DNA from: Chthoniobacteraceae bacterium
GTDB taxonomy: Bacteria > Verrucomicrobiota > Verrucomicrobiia > Chthoniobacterales > Chthoniobacteraceae
NCBI GenBank assembly: GCA_044376515.1
Contig: JBILKV010000002.1
Coordinates: 1,209-65,208, forward strand
Reading direction: 5' to 3'
DNA: 64,000 nt
Shown: positions 27,304 through 36,264 of the stretch, piece by piece
Numbering within the stretch: the stretch's first letter is position 1
Layout: each line of letters begins with the position of its first letter
Translations under genes and position numbers: made by a program
The notes under the pieces: generated by a model
What the model was told of the DNA's origin: nothing
Database searches by the model: none
Seen by the model: the letters and a program-made list of their open reading frames with translations, nothing else

Positions 27304-28133
27304 GACGCAAAACTTTGCACCAAAGACCGCACAATCAAGTGCCACCCGTCCACCAAAACAAACAACAAGAGCTTAAAGGGCAGCGAAATCATCATTGGCG
27401 GCATCATCATCATCCCCATAGACATCAATGTCGCCGACACGAGGAAGTCGATCACCAGGAATGGAACATAGATCATGAATCCCATCTGGAAAGCCGTCCG
27501 CAACTCACTCAGCACAAACGCCGGCACCACCACCGTGATCGGCAGATCCTCCGTCTTGGTCACCCCCTGCCCGGAGAGTCCAAGGAAAAAATCCACCTCG
27601 GACGCCCGCGATTGTTTTATCATGAAGTTTTTCAGGGGCTGCGCCGCGCGTTCGGCAAACTGGACCGTGTTGATCTCACGGTCCATGTAGGGCTTCAAGG
27701 CCTCCTCATTCACCCGCTTCAAGGTTGGAGTCATCACGAACATCGTGAGGAACAAAGACATCCCGATGATGATCTGATTCGAGGGGGCGCCCTGCAATCC
27801 GATCGCGCTCCGGATGAACCCCAGCACAATCACCATTCGCGTGAAGCTCGTCATCAGCATCACGAAGGACGGGGCCAAAGTCAGCACCGTCATCAACGCC
27901 ACGATCTGAATCGCGGTGGAAACGTTCTTCAAATCGTTCTCACCGCCCAGCGCAATCGTCAGGGAGGCGCCTCCCGGCGCCGCAGCAGCCGCGACCGGTG
28001 CCGCCGGGGCTTGGGCGATACCAGATAAAGGAAACAGCAACAGGATCCCAAAAAGACCAACAAACAGTCCCACCCTCCACCCAAGGGCGCGGCGGGACAG
28101 AGAGACGAAACCCTCCTTTTCAATACAGTTCAT
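27300..28133 (-). CDS. fliP: flagellar export apparatus protein FliP
   Basis: 277 aa. TSFTRMVIVLGFIRSAIG, PSNQIIIGMSLFLTMFVM, AFVLSELRTAFQMGFMIYVPFLVIDFLV. Confidence 0.9.
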   Translation of the reverse strand: MNCIEKEGFVSLSRRALGWRVGLFVGLFGILLLFPLSGIAQAPAAPVAAAAAPGGASLTIALGGENDLKNVSTAIQIVALMTVLTLAPSFVMLMTSFTRMVIVLGFIRSAIGLQGAPSNQIIIGMSLFLTMFVMTPTLKRVNEEALKPYMDREINTVQFAERAAQPLKNFMIKQSRASEVDFFLGLSGQGVTKTEDLPITVVVPAFVLSELRTAFQMGFMIYVPFLVIDFLVSATLMSMGMMMMPPMMISLPFKLLLFVLVDGWHLIVRSLVQSFAS

Positions 28134-28648
28134 TGAACCTCCTTTGTTCCTACGTCCCGCCCTTCAGTCTTTGTCGGGGAAAACGCCGCCGAGGTTGCAT
28201 CCGAGAGCGCCTCCGCGAACGCAACGCCCTGCCCGGCTTGATCGCCTTCCAGACCGCATAGGAAATCAATCCGCCCCGGCGAAATTCCGATCAGCACACG
28301 TTTGCCCTCGTACTCTGCCACCACCAGATGCTGACGGTTGCCCACCACACGGCTCTCCTCGATGTGGAGTTTGCGGGCAGTCTTCGCTGCACCCCAGGAA
28401 ACTCCGAAAAAACCTCCCCTTAAGAGCACCGTAAAACCCGCCGCGCCAAGCACGACGATCGTCAGCACATAGCCTAGGAGAGAAACCGATCCCCCACCGT
28501 CGAAGGACCAGCGTTCCCCCGTTGGGAATGCTGCAGGTGGCGCGACGGACGGTCCCTGCGGAGAAGCCTTTTCCTGCGCCCAAATCGAGCCGCCCCAAAG
28601 GGAAACAACCCAGAGGAGGACGGTCGGAAACCGGGCGGCGTAAGCCAT
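28130..28648 (-). CDS. fliO: flagellar protein FliO
   Basis: One central TM (LLGYVLTIVVLGAAGFTVLL), then LHIEESRVVGNRQHLVVAEYEGKRVLIGISPG, typical of FliO; position before fliP. Start set at ATG 28648. The longer ORF would overlap fliN. Confidence 0.55.
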   Translation of the reverse strand: MAYAARFPTVLLWVVSLWGGSIWAQEKASPQGPSVAPPAAFPTGERWSFDGGGSVSLLGYVLTIVVLGAAGFTVLLRGGFFGVSWGAAKTARKLHIEESRVVGNRQHLVVAEYEGKRVLIGISPGRIDFLCGLEGDQAGQGVAFAEALSDATSAAFSPTKTEGRDVGTKEVQ

Positions 28649-28661
28649 AAGGCACGCGGCC

Positions 28662-28922
28662 CTAGGCTGGCCCGCCAACCATTGTGGTGACCTTGATCGC
28701 AAACTTCTCCTCCACCACAACCACCTCGCCCAGCGCAATCAGTTTGTCGTTGATGTACAGCCCAACGGGATCATCCGCGCGCTGTCCCAACTGGACTACC
28801 GTCCCGGGTTGCAGTTCGAGGACGTCGCGCATCGCCATCTGACAAGATCCAAGCCGGACCGTGAGTTGCACTTTTACATCCAGCACCGCGCTCAGTCTGG
28901 AATCATCGAGAGCATTAACCAT
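28662..28922 (-). CDS. fliN: flagellar motor switch protein FliN (SpoA domain only)
   Basis: 86 aa. LDVKVQLTVRLGSCQMAMRDVLELQPGTVVQL...DPVGLYINDKLIALGEVVVV. Confidence 0.8.
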   Translation of the reverse strand: MVNALDDSRLSAVLDVKVQLTVRLGSCQMAMRDVLELQPGTVVQLGQRADDPVGLYINDKLIALGEVVVVEEKFAIKVTTMVGGPA

Positions 28923-28924
28923 AA

Positions 28925-29914
28925 CTATTCCTTTGAGATTCTTTCGTTCAAGTGCACTGCAAGGCGCCCCTCCTCCACCCCGATGGTTCCGTAGAACTCC
29001 TCGGTCTCGGACACCGACAACTTTGTTTGGTCTATCAATTCCTGGGGAAGATGAATCAGGTCGCCTACAGACAAACCCGCAGCCTCCCCGAGAGTAATGT
29101 CACGCACATCCCAAACTGCAGTGATCGGCACCTCAATCATTGCATAGGGCGAACGCCAATGGAGCGGCTTCTGCTTGATTTCAGGAGCGGCCTTCCCACC
29201 GATGCCCGTCTCATGGGTCAGTCCGTCCATTAGCGAAAAGGGAACCGCAATCTGAAGAACTTCCTTCAAGTCACCCACAGAAAGATCGACCTTGAAGACA
29301 AAGAGCGAGGTGTCATCCGAGGCAATCTGCAAAAACCGGCAGCTCGACTCATGACCGACAATCGCAGGGCGCTTGCCCGCGGAGCGCTCGAAAAGCGAAC
29401 ACCATTCCTTCAGAATCATCACCGCGATCTCGTCCAAAAGCGCAATTTCAATCTCGGTGGGACTCCGGTCCCCCTCGGGCGCAACCCCCTTCCCACCGAG
29501 CAAACGGTTCGCCAGCGCAATGCTTGAGAGCGGCCGCATGTCCAGAACCCCAGCCCCCTCCAAACCTTCGATCTGAAACACTGTCAGGTGCGTCGGAACG
29601 GCGAGCGCGTCGCAAAAAGAGCGGAACGTGGTACTCGCACAGGAAACCGAACTTTTCGCCAGAACAACGTCCATTCTCAGGTACGTCGCAAGCCGGGCAG
29701 AAAGATCGGCGGCGAACTTCTGATGCAACGCCGCGAGTTGGCTCGTGTCCTTCTGCGAGAGAAATCCGGGCTGGCGGAAGTTGTAGGACGTCACCACCGA
29801 GGAGTCCACCTGCATCCGCAGTCCGTTCGCCGCAATGACCTCCACCAACTGGCCGGTTTTGGTGACCGGCGAGACGAGATCCTCCACCTTGGGTGCTTCG
29901 GAAAGGTCGGTCAT
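28925..29914 (-). CDS. fliM: flagellar motor switch protein FliM
   Basis: 329 aa. YNFRQP, FAADLSARLATYLR and a C-terminal SpoA-like domain (GDLIHL...). ATGA overlap with fliL. Confidence 0.85.
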   Translation of the reverse strand: MTDLSEAPKVEDLVSPVTKTGQLVEVIAANGLRMQVDSSVVTSYNFRQPGFLSQKDTSQLAALHQKFAADLSARLATYLRMDVVLAKSSVSCASTTFRSFCDALAVPTHLTVFQIEGLEGAGVLDMRPLSSIALANRLLGGKGVAPEGDRSPTEIEIALLDEIAVMILKEWCSLFERSAGKRPAIVGHESSCRFLQIASDDTSLFVFKVDLSVGDLKEVLQIAVPFSLMDGLTHETGIGGKAAPEIKQKPLHWRSPYAMIEVPITAVWDVRDITLGEAAGLSVGDLIHLPQELIDQTKLSVSETEEFYGTIGVEEGRLAVHLNERISKE

Positions 29915-30639
29915 TGGATCACGAACTCCGTGAAGAAAATCTGCTTCACAACGTTGGAATTGAGCGCTTTGTTGAAGTTGGCCGCCAATTCGCTGCGAAG
30001 GATGTTCTTGGCTCCCGAGGCCTCCATATCGGCAAGGGAACGCGCGCTCAGGACGGTCAACGCAGCGTCCCGCAGCTTGCTTTTATTTTCCTCGACGATC
30101 ACACCGATATTCTGGTCGTCGCTCACCACGCTGAAAGCGCACTTCACATACTTTGTCCCAAGGGAGCCAGTCAGGTTCGAAACTACGTTGGTAAAGCTGT
30201 AAGACCAGCCGTCCTTGGAGTACTGAACCGTAGGCTTTTTCTCCTTATCGCCACCGCCTGCGGGCGCCGCGTCCGCTTTGTGGCCATCCTTGGCGGGCGC
30301 CGCGTCTTTGCCGTGCGCATCCTTCCCATGAGCGTCCTTCGCAGGAGCCGCATCCTTCCCCGCAGGCTTGGCTGCCTCCGGTTTGGCTCCCGCATCCCCC
30401 CCAGAAGGCGTGATGAGCGGAGCGGCATTTTCCGCCGCCACCGCCGACGCCTTGGCCTTTTCCACCATCTCGCCTAGAGACTTTTCCAGTTTCGGAAGGA
30501 ACACAGACTTCACCATCACGAAGGAGACCGCCGGCATCGCGACCAGCATGACCGCCAAGGGGATGAACGGATTCGCTTTCTTTACCGGAACCGGAGGGGC
30601 GCCGGCGTCGGCGGGTGGACTGGTTGCTTCGTCTGCCAT
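29911..30639 (-). CDS. fliL: flagellar basal-body-associated protein FliL with low-complexity K/D/A/H insert
   Basis: 242 aa. One TM (FIPLAVMLVAMPAVSFVMV). C-terminal FliL domain (KYVKCAFSVVSDDQN...RDAALTVLSARSLADM...LNSNVVKQIFFTEFVIQ). Confidence 0.7.
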   Translation of the reverse strand: MADEATSPPADAGAPPVPVKKANPFIPLAVMLVAMPAVSFVMVKSVFLPKLEKSLGEMVEKAKASAVAAENAAPLITPSGGDAGAKPEAAKPAGKDAAPAKDAHGKDAHGKDAAPAKDGHKADAAPAGGGDKEKKPTVQYSKDGWSYSFTNVVSNLTGSLGTKYVKCAFSVVSDDQNIGVIVEENKSKLRDAALTVLSARSLADMEASGAKNILRSELAANFNKALNSNVVKQIFFTEFVIQ

Positions 30640-30689
30640 GGAAAAGTGAAGTAGAATTGAACAAAACCGCTAGTCTACCGAGCTCTATA

Positions 30690-32645
30690 CTAACGCTTGA
30701 GATTGACGGCTTCTTCCATCATTTGGTCGGCGATCGTGATCACCCGGGAACCAGCTTGGAAGGCGCGCTGCGTCACAATCATTGTCGAGAACTCCTCCCC
30801 AATGTCCACGTTGGAGAGTTCCAAGGCACCGCCGTTGATCGAACCAAGCCCGCCCAAGCTCGGAGTAAGCCTGTTGATGTTTTCCGCGTCCCATGGCCCA
30901 TTATAAGGTCCGGCGGTAAATATTCCCGAGAATAGGTTATCTCCTTCGCGAATCAAAGCTCCTGGATCCTTAAAGCTCTGGATCAGCACGGAACCACCAT
31001 TGAACGTCTGACCGTTTGAAAGGATCACATTCACCTGTCCGTTCGTGCCTACGTTGAAGGTCCGGATCCGCGGTGCGGCAGCGCGGGCCGCCTCCAAAGG
31101 AATGCCAACCAGTTCAACACCGTTCGTCCCGTAGAACGTGAAATCTCTCGACTCATCAAAACTCACTCGAAGATCACCCAATCTAGATGCGGGAGTGTAC
31201 TGGGTGGAAACTGACAGTGATGCCGTGTCAAACGTGTTTGCATTCGGACGCTTGTTGAGGACCACGGTCTGCTCGCCAAAACCGAGAGCGACCTCGCTGT
31301 AAGAAGAGGTTGACACGTTCTTCGGATTTCCAGCACCCGTGTCGGAGTCCACAAGTGTCAGAACAAAATCGTTGAAAGTGGGATCCTGCGTGATCGTTCC
31401 AACGTAGGCTCCGCTGGGCAAACCATCACCTGAAACTCGCATGCCGGAAACAATACCAGCAACATCCGGAAGGCGAATCGTGTTAGTCCCAGCCACCAAC
31501 GTTTTGTCGCCCGATGCCACAGCACTGGAATTCGTTAAAGAGCCGGTAGCCACCTGATTCACATCAATCGTCGGAGGATTGGTAGTGGAATCTATCGCGG
31601 TGATCTTAATTTTTTGCCCCGGAGTAAACCCCGAAGAAAGAGAAACCACCATTCCTATGTCCAACCCCGCCACCGAATCCACGGTGATCCGCGTGGTGGT
31701 GGCACCACCGGTTGGCGGCGTGAATGACACACCCGTCAGTGTGACCGATGAAGCGGAGGCTGCGATCGATGTCCTGAGATTACCTTGGGCGCTCTCGATC
31801 CGAGTTCCGGGCTCGATACCAGGACCGGAAAGCACCATCCCTGGGATCAAAGCAGGTCGCGCAAAGTCTGGGGGAAATACGAGGTTCAGGGATTCCGAAT
31901 CGACGCTCAAGAGACTGGCATTTAAGGTCACCGCACCGGATGTTGTGGCTTTGGAACTCAATGTAACCACCCCACCAACAATCGATTTAATGAAAGTTCC
32001 AGGGGGGTAAGTCCCACCTGCAATCGGCATACCAACCTTCAGGACAGCGGCGTCAGTCGCAGACAACCCACTGAGCAAAGCACTGTTAGCCGTGGAGGTT
32101 CCAGCGATAGATTGAGTGCGCAAGCCTGAAGGGATCGTGATTTTCACGTTGTCCTGAGGCCCCTTCACATCATAACTTCCGCTCACCGCGTCATACACCA
32201 CCTTCGTCGTTGCTCCAACTGCCCCTTGCACACGGAAGCCCTGCTGCGTGACCATGTAACCATCCGCATCAACACGGAAATTTCCAGCGCGCGTCACGTA
32301 GTCCTGGCCAGTCTGCGGGTTTTTAACGCGGAAGAAACCGTTGCCCGCGATCGCAAGATCGCTATTGGAACTGGTAGTCTGAATGGTGCCCTGCGAAAAC
32401 ACCGGCGCGATCGCCTGCACTTGCACCCCGCCGCCAACCTGCGTCGGAGCAATCTTCACAGCGGTGTTGTTCTCATTCGGCACCAGCGGTTTGATGATGT
32501 TCGAGAAGGTGTCCGAGTACTGGGCCCTGGAAACCTTGTACCCCACCGTGTTCACATTCGCGATGTTGTTGGATACCACTTGAAGCCCTTCCGAATAGGA
32601 ACGGAGTGCGCTTACACCGACATTGAGACTGGAAGCGAGAGACAT
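30690..32645 (-). CDS. flgE: flagellar hook protein FlgE (enlarged, 651 aa)
   Basis: N-terminus LQVVSNNIANVNTVGYK, GNGFF. C-terminus LELSNVDIGEEFSTMIVTQRAFQAGSRVITIADQMMEE. The central ~250 aa hold four tandem repeats. Confidence 0.85.
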   Translation of the reverse strand: MSLASSLNVGVSALRSYSEGLQVVSNNIANVNTVGYKVSRAQYSDTFSNIIKPLVPNENNTAVKIAPTQVGGGVQVQAIAPVFSQGTIQTTSSNSDLAIAGNGFFRVKNPQTGQDYVTRAGNFRVDADGYMVTQQGFRVQGAVGATTKVVYDAVSGSYDVKGPQDNVKITIPSGLRTQSIAGTSTANSALLSGLSATDAAVLKVGMPIAGGTYPPGTFIKSIVGGVVTLSSKATTSGAVTLNASLLSVDSESLNLVFPPDFARPALIPGMVLSGPGIEPGTRIESAQGNLRTSIAASASSVTLTGVSFTPPTGGATTTRITVDSVAGLDIGMVVSLSSGFTPGQKIKITAIDSTTNPPTIDVNQVATGSLTNSSAVASGDKTLVAGTNTIRLPDVAGIVSGMRVSGDGLPSGAYVGTITQDPTFNDFVLTLVDSDTGAGNPKNVSTSSYSEVALGFGEQTVVLNKRPNANTFDTASLSVSTQYTPASRLGDLRVSFDESRDFTFYGTNGVELVGIPLEAARAAAPRIRTFNVGTNGQVNVILSNGQTFNGGSVLIQSFKDPGALIREGDNLFSGIFTAGPYNGPWDAENINRLTPSLGGLGSINGGALELSNVDIGEEFSTMIVTQRAFQAGSRVITIADQMMEEAVNLKR

Positions 32646-32700
32646 AACGTTTAGATATTTACAGTTTTGCTACGGGTGGGTTTCTTTTAAATTCTTGGAG

Positions 32701-33129
32701 CTATTTCGGGAGCGTCACAGCGATAATCTGGCTGGTGGGGTATGTCTTATTATCTACAAGCACCTTCGGCACACCTTCCTCCATAACCACGCCGGAGACG
32801 GAGCCAGTGACTTCGGTGCCACCGACGCTGAGCGTGATATTCTTTCCGAGGAACTGCTGGGCGGAAGAGAATCCAAAAGAAGAGGACAGGGTGTTGACTG
32901 TTTTGGTGAGTTCCTTGGCCTGTTCCAAAGACGCGAACTGAGCCATCTGCCCCATAAACTGGGCATCCTCCATGGGCTTCAAGGGATCCTGATTCTGCAA
33001 CTGCACCGTGAGCAGCCTCAGGAAATCATCCTGAGTGAGAGTTGACTTATTTTCCTTAATCTTGAATCCCTCAAGCGCCTTCTGGACCTCGGGAGCCAAT
33101 GAGCTGGTACTGGAAGTGACTGTTGGCAT
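32701..33129 (-). CDS. flgD: flagellar hook capping/assembly protein FlgD
   Basis: 142 aa. LTQDDFLRLLTVQLQNQDPLKPMEDAQFMGQMAQFASLEQ is the FlgD signature. Confidence 0.8.
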   Translation of the reverse strand: MPTVTSSTSSLAPEVQKALEGFKIKENKSTLTQDDFLRLLTVQLQNQDPLKPMEDAQFMGQMAQFASLEQAKELTKTVNTLSSSFGFSSAQQFLGKNITLSVGGTEVTGSVSGVVMEEGVPKVLVDNKTYPTSQIIAVTLPK

Positions 33130-33149
33130 AAAAACTTTTTCTTTTCCTG

Positions 33150-35135
33150 TTACGCGTACAACGCCATGCCCCGTTGGGCCGCCACGGGCACAGACTGAGT
33201 GTTGATCTGCGACTTCCCGGGAGAAAGGTTCTTCGGATTGAAGGCACCGAGGAGGGCTGAGGAAGCATTATCTTCCATCCGCTCGCGCCGATCGCTCGCA
33301 TCGGAGTTGTTGTCAGAAAGTCCGCCAAAACCCGACCTTCCCTCAAACGCAGCCGAAACCATCTTCTGATCGGCGGCCTCCTTGGCAATAAAGGTAGCCC
33401 AGTTGTTTTCAAGGGCCCGCAACAGCGGTTGAGACTCGGAACGGAAGGACGCCTGCAAACCCGCTGCGTTCATGCGAACCTCCAAACCAAATGACGACCC
33501 GTCTTCCAAGCGAACTTCCACCGCGAGATGGGAAGGATTTTCGGAACGCGCTCTCTCGAGCGCCCGATGAATCACATTAGCGAGGTCGGCCGACCTTGCA
33601 TCAACTGGAGGAAGCACGGTCGGCTTGGAAGAAGTCGCACGGACCACACTGGGTTGGGTTCCAGACTGAATCGCAGCCTTCTGAGTGCCGGAAAATTCAA
33701 GCCCTTCGGTCAGTGCGTTCCCCTGCGGAAAAGAATCGTCCTCAGACACAACGGTAAGCGCGGACCTTTCGTCCACGGGCGCTGCTATCACTAGGGGTCT
33801 TGCTTCCACGCCACCTTCTTCAGCACCAAACGTGCCAATCGTGCTGAGGCCCTCGGCGTCGAGTCTGTCTGCCTCGGCCGAATCTCCTCCAGCGAGCGAT
33901 CCGAGCCCGTTCCGATGCTCAAGATTTGAGCCTCCTTCACTGTCGCCGCGCGACCTGTTACCCGATCCAGACTCTTGATCCCTGCCAACCTGCAAGTCGG
34001 TCGAAGAACCAACGGACAGCGCCGTAAGATCGGAAGCGGAAGCATTTCCATCATCGGCCGGGGAGTCGACAGGCGGGGCCTCCGAGGTCCTTGCGTCCGG
34101 CTTGGCGGCAAAAAATGCCGCAGCAGGATTTTCAGGGTTGGCCGAGACCAGAAATGCGTCGTCAGTCGCTGTTAATCCACTTTGGACATCCGCCCCGGGG
34201 AGGACTGCCACGCCGTTGTCGGCGCCTGTCAAATCATCCGTCCGTTTTTGCAGCAACAGGACGTCCGCAGCATCTGCGTCTGCGGCGATGCGGTCACTGA
34301 GGGCGATGGCCGCGGACGAATTAGCGAGGGCAGCTACCTGAGACGGATCGGCTTCAACAACCACCGTCGAAACCAGAGCGGTCGGAACGATCTTTGGAAC
34401 GACCCGGGTAATCTGCGAAGAGGACGCAGACCGAGACGGCTGTTCCACCTTAGGCTGGCCTACGATCATTGCCTCCTCCATAGCGGTCTTCACGAGGATC
34501 TCCACAGGCTGCCCCGTCGGATTCTTCGGCAGTCCTTCTACGGTTGAATTTGGCTGATCGCTACCGGTCTTCAGCGCAGTTAAGGGCGACAGCCAATCGG
34601 ACGCCAATGAGGGCTCCTCCTGCGAAAAATTAGCGCTTCCCTGATCTGCATTCGCGCCGAGTTGCGACTCATCTGAAAGCGCCAGCGGAGGCGCGACCTG
34701 CGGTTGTTGCTGCACGATCGACGAGGCGAGGGCGATGGCAGCGGCTTCCAACGCAAGTTCAAGCGGGTCGTCAAGCCGAGGGTCGCGGGGCAGCGGCGCC
34801 TCAGTTTCCAGCGGCGACGAAAACGCGGCAGAAGAATCGTTTGACGAACCACGATCAGAGCGAGGCTCAACGGAGGCGCCGGACGCTGGGCTTGCGACAG
34901 TTTCCGGGCCGTCTTTCCTTTCCGCCCTCGAGGCCGCGGTCTCTGCAGTGCCGGTCGCACGGCGCGGACCTATCTTCGCCGCACGGTCAACCTGCGCAGG
35001 GGAGTCGGAGACCTGAATCAAACTGGAGAAGTCCGACGCAGACGAATCCTGCTGAGCGGACTTCGGGGCAGGCCCCGACAAACCCATTCCAGAACCAGTT
35101 CCGGGAACGGCGGGAATAAAACTGGAGACAATCAT
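33150..35135 (-). CDS. fliK: flagellar hook-length control protein FliK
   Basis: 661 aa, mostly disordered and S/A/P/D-rich. C-terminal Flg_hook-like domain (HLAVEVRLEDGSSFGLEVRMNAAGLQASFRSESQPLLRALE). Position between ylxF-like and flgD. Confidence 0.7.
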   Translation of the reverse strand: MIVSSFIPAVPGTGSGMGLSGPAPKSAQQDSSASDFSSLIQVSDSPAQVDRAAKIGPRRATGTAETAASRAERKDGPETVASPASGASVEPRSDRGSSNDSSAAFSSPLETEAPLPRDPRLDDPLELALEAAAIALASSIVQQQPQVAPPLALSDESQLGANADQGSANFSQEEPSLASDWLSPLTALKTGSDQPNSTVEGLPKNPTGQPVEILVKTAMEEAMIVGQPKVEQPSRSASSSQITRVVPKIVPTALVSTVVVEADPSQVAALANSSAAIALSDRIAADADAADVLLLQKRTDDLTGADNGVAVLPGADVQSGLTATDDAFLVSANPENPAAAFFAAKPDARTSEAPPVDSPADDGNASASDLTALSVGSSTDLQVGRDQESGSGNRSRGDSEGGSNLEHRNGLGSLAGGDSAEADRLDAEGLSTIGTFGAEEGGVEARPLVIAAPVDERSALTVVSEDDSFPQGNALTEGLEFSGTQKAAIQSGTQPSVVRATSSKPTVLPPVDARSADLANVIHRALERARSENPSHLAVEVRLEDGSSFGLEVRMNAAGLQASFRSESQPLLRALENNWATFIAKEAADQKMVSAAFEGRSGFGGLSDNNSDASDRRERMEDNASSALLGAFNPKNLSPGKSQINTQSVPVAAQRGMALYA

Positions 35136-35782
35136 TGGGCTGCGAGTTCCTTCTTGGGAGCTTTCATCAATCGGAGTTTGTCAGAGATCCGTGCCGCCCG
35201 CCGGGCGGACGGTTCGTCGGAATTTTTGTCCACAATGCGAGCCATCTCCCCGAGCACAAGGGCGGCGCTCTTTGCCTTCATTTGGGACAGAATCTTGACC
35301 GCGGAGTCCTCGTCGATCTCACGAAGGATGGACGCGGCGCCCAATGGCAGCATTGCCGTGTAAGTCTGGGCAAGGGTCTTGAGGTTCTCAATTTCAACAT
35401 CAGAGATCTCCACGATCCGAGCCTCGAAATCCCTGCGAAGCTTGAGGATCTCTTCCTTCACTTTTTCGACCTCCTGACGCTCGGCGGTCACTTGTGAGGA
35501 CATTGCAGCAAGATCTTTCTGCTCCTCAATAATGGCCTCGCGTTCCTTCTTTAGCTCCGCGATCAGTTCATCCACTGCGTTTGTTTTGAAACTCCAAAGC
35601 TGCGGAGGCGGAGCGGCCGCCTCGACGGCCTTGGCCTCGGCGACCGCCACCTCTACAGGGTCCGGGGGTGGCGTGAAGTCAGGTTTGGGAAGTTTCGAGA
35701 CCGCAGAATTGAGCATCACCACGGTGCAAACCATGTTGATCACGAATCCAACGAGGGCCAAAAACCAAGGTGCTGCCAGCAT
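35132..35782 (-). CDS. flagellar-operon protein with MgtE_N-like domain (YlxF/FlbB-like)
   Basis: 216 aa. N-terminal TM, coiled coil, then LGAASILREIDEDSAVKILSQMKAKSAALVLGEMARI (MgtE intracellular N-domain pattern). Same slot as B. subtilis ylxF, between fliJ and fliK. Confidence 0.55.
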   Translation of the reverse strand: MLAAPWFLALVGFVINMVCTVVMLNSAVSKLPKPDFTPPPDPVEVAVAEAKAVEAAAPPPQLWSFKTNAVDELIAELKKEREAIIEEQKDLAAMSSQVTAERQEVEKVKEEILKLRRDFEARIVEISDVEIENLKTLAQTYTAMLPLGAASILREIDEDSAVKILSQMKAKSAALVLGEMARIVDKNSDEPSARRAARISDKLRLMKAPKKELAAQ

Positions 35783-35799
35783 AATTATTCAGTCAGTAA

Positions 35800-36264
35800 T
35801 TAGACGGCGTAAGCGAGTTGCCGCTGAATGCCCACCCATCGGGCGGAAACCAGATCCTCGACGGCTTTTTCTTCAAGCCTGGCCTGTTCGGCGTTGTGAC
35901 GCTCCCGGTGGCGTTCCTTCAACCGCACCAACATCTGGGTCTTGGTGCGCGCTTCCATCCAGAGCTTGAAACGGACCTCTTTGAGTTGGTCCGCGCGCGC
36001 GAGACGCTGGGTGAGGGTGTCGCAGTAGTTCCTCTGCTGGCGGATGGTCTGCAGATAGAGGAGTTGGTCCTCCTTGTCCGAGACGCCCTGACGTTTCTCC
36101 GAAAGGGTGGCCTGAAGTTGCTCCAGATCGCCGAGTCCGTTTTCAAGGGCCACGACGGTCCGGTTGTAGAAAGCAACTGCCTCGGCATAGGAATTCTTCG
36201 CCACGTCCTCCTCTTGGGTACGCAGCATCAACACAGATTCGAGGCTGAATTTAAACGGTTTCAT
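35800..36264 (-). CDS. fliJ: flagellar export chaperone/stalk protein FliJ
   Basis: 154-aa all-helical protein (FKFSLESVLMLRTQEEDVAK...). Overlaps the fliI stop; canonical position after fliI. Confidence 0.6.
   Translation of the reverse strand: MKPFKFSLESVLMLRTQEEDVAKNSYAEAVAFYNRTVVALENGLGDLEQLQATLSEKRQGVSDKEDQLLYLQTIRQQRNYCDTLTQRLARADQLKEVRFKLWMEARTKTQMLVRLKERHRERHNAEQARLEEKAVEDLVSARWVGIQRQLAYAV

Noticed and set aside
30019-30040. Sigma-28 -10-like GCCGATAT on the minus strand inside fliL, upstream of fliM
   Set aside because: There is no TAAA-type -35 at the required 15-nt spacing, and it lies in coding sequence with an ATGA-coupled downstream gene. It is probably a chance match.
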